In this document: positions 4,297 to 6,652 of the stretch, piece by piece
Numbering within the stretch: the stretch's first letter is position 1
How the letters are laid out: every line of letters begins with the position of its first letter
Virus record (IMG/VR): IMGVR_UViG_3300005043_000004
Location: 1 to 6,652 of that record
Source: a virus
DNA length: 6,652 nt
Direction: 5' to 3' (one strand)
Position numbers and translations under genes: made by a program
Notes under the pieces: model-generated
The model's input: only the letters and a program-made list of their open reading frames with translations
What the model was told of the DNA's origin: nothing
Databases searched by the model: none

Positions 4297-4526
4297 TGCC
4301 TTTGATTATGCTATGCGATGGAGTTGTTTCAGAAAACCTTGATTCATCTCCAATCTGTTCGTCAAGTTGGACTGTTACAGATTATGTAATTGTTCAACCT
4401 TTCGATATTGCTTCTCTCGACCCATTGGTGTTGGCAGAGGCTTTCGGTGCTGGCTGGATTATTATAGCCTCTTATTGGTCTGTGACTTTCGGTTATCACA
4501 TAATTCTGGAACTTTTAAAAAGGTAA
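4296..4526 (+). CDS. Small membrane protein of unknown function (possible minor virion or assembly protein)
   Basis: 76-aa ORF. Its start is translationally coupled to the preceding gene (TAATG at 4294-4298). It has an acidic N-terminal part, one C-terminal hydrophobic segment (LAEAFGAGWIIIASYWSVTFGYHIILELL) and a basic end (KR), a coat-protein-like architecture. Confidence 0.55.
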   Translation: MPLIMLCDGVVSENLDSSPICSSSWTVTDYVIVQPFDIASLDPLVLAEAFGAGWIIIASYWSVTFGYHIILELLKR

Positions 4527-4531
4527 TTAGC

Positions 4532-4669
4532 ATGAGTTATGAAACACTTGTAACAGCTGTAAATTTTGTAAATGTAGAAACTGCAATTTTAGGCGTATCA
4601 GTAGCGCTTGCGGGATTATATATTAGTACACGGGGTGCACGAATAGTGCTTGGATTCATGAAACGATAA
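4532..4669 (+). CDS. Major coat protein (gene VIII equivalent), 45 aa, without a cleavable signal peptide
   Basis: MSYETLVTAVNFVNVETAILGVSVALAGLYISTRGARIVLGFMKR. It has an acidic N-terminus (E4, E16), a hydrophobic core and four basic C-terminal residues, the canonical inovirus coat layout. AGG lies 8 nt upstream of ATG 4532. The track ORF 4367-4669 is the same frame extended upstream through the overlapping 76-aa gene. Confidence 0.8.
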   Translation: MSYETLVTAVNFVNVETAILGVSVALAGLYISTRGARIVLGFMKR

Positions 4670-4675
4670 CAGGAG

Positions 4676-4709
4676 TTTAGGAATTAGAGGGACGCCTTTT
4701 TTTCCTAAA
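4676..4709 (+). terminator. Imperfect hairpin with an embedded T7 run after the coat gene, possibly a weak terminator/attenuator
   Basis: TTTAGGAA 4676-4683 pairs with TTCCTAAA 4702-4709. The inner stem AGAGG 4686-4690 pairs with CCTTT 4695-4699 (one G-U) around a GACG loop. The T run is 4697-4703. No clean U-tract follows the full stem, so it is non-canonical. Ff phages are known to have a terminator after gene VIII. Confidence 0.3.
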
Positions 4710-4716
4710 AATAAAA

Positions 4717-4791
4717 ATGGCTGATATATATTATTTTACATTTTTCGTAATAGGCATAATATGCGCTCAATTAACCTTTTCACGATTCTGA
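4717..4791 (+). CDS. Possible 24-aa hydrophobic mini-protein (pVII/pIX-sized) overlapping the start of the pIII-like gene
   Basis: Hand translation gives [24 protein letters not shown]. It is hydrophobic and of minor-coat size, lying between the coat and adsorption genes. No SD is present and it is very short, so it could be fortuitous. Confidence 0.2.
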   Translation: MADIYYFTFFVIGIICAQLTFSRF

Positions 4792-6137
4792 TTCTATTTT
4801 TCAATTCTTATTCTTTTTCAACAACTGAATATAAAGCTACAGCTACGTATGGCGGAGAGCAACATGATACCGGTTGGATTTGTACAAGTTCAGAACATGC
4901 TTGTAATACATTATTTAGATTGTGGGTGCCGCAACAATATAAAGACCAATATCGATCTAAAGGAGTATATCAAGATACAACTAATTGTTCATATCAAGAC
5001 GCGGCATCTATAAATTCTGATGGAGAGGTTAATTGGAATTATACGTCGTTAAGAGGGGTTTTTGAAACCAGGTCTAGTCCTTCTTGTGATTTTGATAATA
5101 CTGAGGAAGACGAGTGTCCTCATCCTTATTATAAATACGATGACAGTGATGGGATTGAAGTATGTACTAGCCCGTGTGAGTATTTTAGGTTTCAAAACCC
5201 AAACGAAACTCATCTTACTGCTTTCTATCCGGATTCCTTTCTTTCTGATTACGGAGAAACAGAACCTGTCATGTATGTTTGCGACTATCTTATTGACGGT
5301 GTTGCATGTGAATTTGTAAGAGATTTATTTACACATATAGATAGCCCTGAACCTGGTTTTCTCACAGATTACAATCTTACAGGAAATGAGTGCCAGGTTG
5401 GTGAATGGGGTGATGATAATCCCGGCGCTAATCCTGACCCTGAAAGTACAGGCGGATGCACAGTTGTTTGTTTTGGAAATTGCGAGGATATATGTGCAGA
5501 AGTAGACGGGGACGGTGTTTTAGATGACTTCGATGGTTTGAGTGATCCCGATCATGAATCGGTACAAGATGATCCAGAAATTCCAATAATTTGTTATTAC
5601 ATACCGACGGCTCCCGGATGTCCGGGAACTAGTACAGATCCGAACGGAGATACGGGTGATGGAAGTGGAGAGGGTGATGGTTCAGGTGATGGGTCGGGTG
5701 ATGGAAGTGGAGAGGGTGATGGTTCAGGTGATAGTGGATCTGGAACTGGAACTGGAACTGGATCAGGTGATGCTGGAACTGGTGATACTGGAACTGGAAC
5801 TGGATCAGGTGACGGAGGCGGAACGGATATCGGAGATCTTGATTTCGGTAACGCACCTTTTATCTCGCCAGGTATTTATTCGGGCACGAGTATTACAGAA
5901 ACGAATGGATTGTTTTTTGATAGGCTTTCACAAAGTCCTGTCTTTTTAATGTCTACTGCGGCTAGTGTTGCGTGGCCCAGCGGTGGCACATGTCCAACTT
6001 TTGAAATGAATGTTTTTGGTTCTTCAGTTTCTAGTGACATTCATTGCAAGGTTAATAATTCAGTATCTAGTGTTTTAGCTAGTGTAATGACAGCCGTTTG
6101 GGTTTTGTTGGGTATTACTATTATATTGAGAGCTTAG
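4761..6137 (+). CDS. pIII-like minor coat / host-adsorption protein
   Basis: 458 aa. It has an N-terminal signal peptide ([20 protein letters not shown]), a Cys-rich acidic N-terminal part (16 Cys before the linker) and a Gly/Ser/Thr/Asp linker ([56 protein letters not shown]). The conserved-type C-terminal domain ends in a membrane anchor ([17 protein letters not shown]). This is the classical gene III architecture and position. Confidence 0.85.
   Translation: MRSINLFTILILFFNSYSFSTTEYKATATYGGEQHDTGWICTSSEHACNTLFRLWVPQQYKDQYRSKGVYQDTTNCSYQDAASINSDGEVNWNYTSLRGVFETRSSPSCDFDNTEEDECPHPYYKYDDSDGIEVCTSPCEYFRFQNPNETHLTAFYPDSFLSDYGETEPVMYVCDYLIDGVACEFVRDLFTHIDSPEPGFLTDYNLTGNECQVGEWGDDNPGANPDPESTGGCTVVCFGNCEDICAEVDGDGVLDDFDGLSDPDHESVQDDPEIPIICYYIPTAPGCPGTSTDPNGDTGDGSGEGDGSGDGSGDGSGEGDGSGDSGSGTGTGTGSGDAGTGDTGTGTGSGDGGGTDIGDLDFGNAPFISPGIYSGTSITETNGLFFDRLSQSPVFLMSTAASVAWPSGGTCPTFEMNVFGSSVSSDIHCKVNNSVSSVLASVMTAVWVLLGITIILRA
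5653..5812 (+). repeat. In-frame tandem repeats with a 42-bp period (and GGAACT hexamer repeats) encoding the pIII linker
   Basis: 38 nt at 5653-5690 are identical to 5695-5732 (offset 42 nt, 14 aa [14 protein letters not shown]). 23 nt ggaactggaactggatcaggtga at 5748-5770 are identical to 5790-5812 (offset 42). GGAACT occurs three times in tandem at 5742-5759. Confidence 0.9.
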
Positions 6138-6140
6138 ATT

Positions 6141-6652
<512 letters not shown>

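Noticed and set aside
4367-4531. N-terminal 55 codons of the 100-aa track ORF 4367-4669
   Set aside because: This part overlaps the 76-aa ORF out of frame and has no RBS. The product starting at ATG 4532 has an RBS and is a complete, typical 45-aa coat protein.
5062-5319. 85-aa ORF in an alternative frame within the pIII-like gene
   Set aside because: It is nested in a strongly supported gene, gives a hydrophobic low-complexity off-frame translation and has no RBS.
5629-5949. ORFs 5629-5856 (-) and 5656-5949 (+) with His/Gln/Phe or Met/Glu/Val/Leu repeats
   Set aside because: They are off-frame and antisense readings of the stop-free Gly-rich tandem repeat of the pIII linker, so they are artefacts of repeat composition.

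Overview
The window is one complete, circularly permuted genome of a small filamentous ssDNA phage (Inoviridae, with the compact Vibrio fs1/VSK/CTXphi-like layout) plus a 99-nt overlap. Nt 1-99 are identical to 6554-6652, so the unit length is 6553 nt, and the linearisation point falls inside the zot/gene-I homologue. The circle reads as follows: Rep_trans (RstA-like) replication initiator (2028-3335, +); a long perfect hairpin; two small ribbon-helix-helix (RHH) regulator candidates on the minus strand (3884-3675 and 3563-3408, the second absent from the ORF track); a divergent promoter/operator region; then on the + strand an ssDNA-binding protein candidate, a 76-aa membrane protein, a 45-aa signal-less major coat protein, a pIII-like adsorption protein with an acidic Gly/Ser/Thr linker, a pVI/Ace-like protein and the Zot/pI assembly ATPase (6428-6652 joined to 1-1002). 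The unusual part follows zot. An accessory gene (1154-1588) encodes a protein that aligns by eye with MatP, the chromosomal Ter-macrodomain organiser. It is preceded by four copies of a 13-bp palindrome (GTTACC-S-GGTAAC) with the same length and symmetry as the MatP target matS (GTGACRNYGTCAC). The copies form two inverted pairs that flank a promoter candidate and reach the gene's ribosome-binding site. I see no secretin, integrase or transposase, no convincing dif-like attP, and no tRNA, rRNA or CRISPR. All homology statements rest on recognising motifs by eye and need profile or structure searches to confirm.
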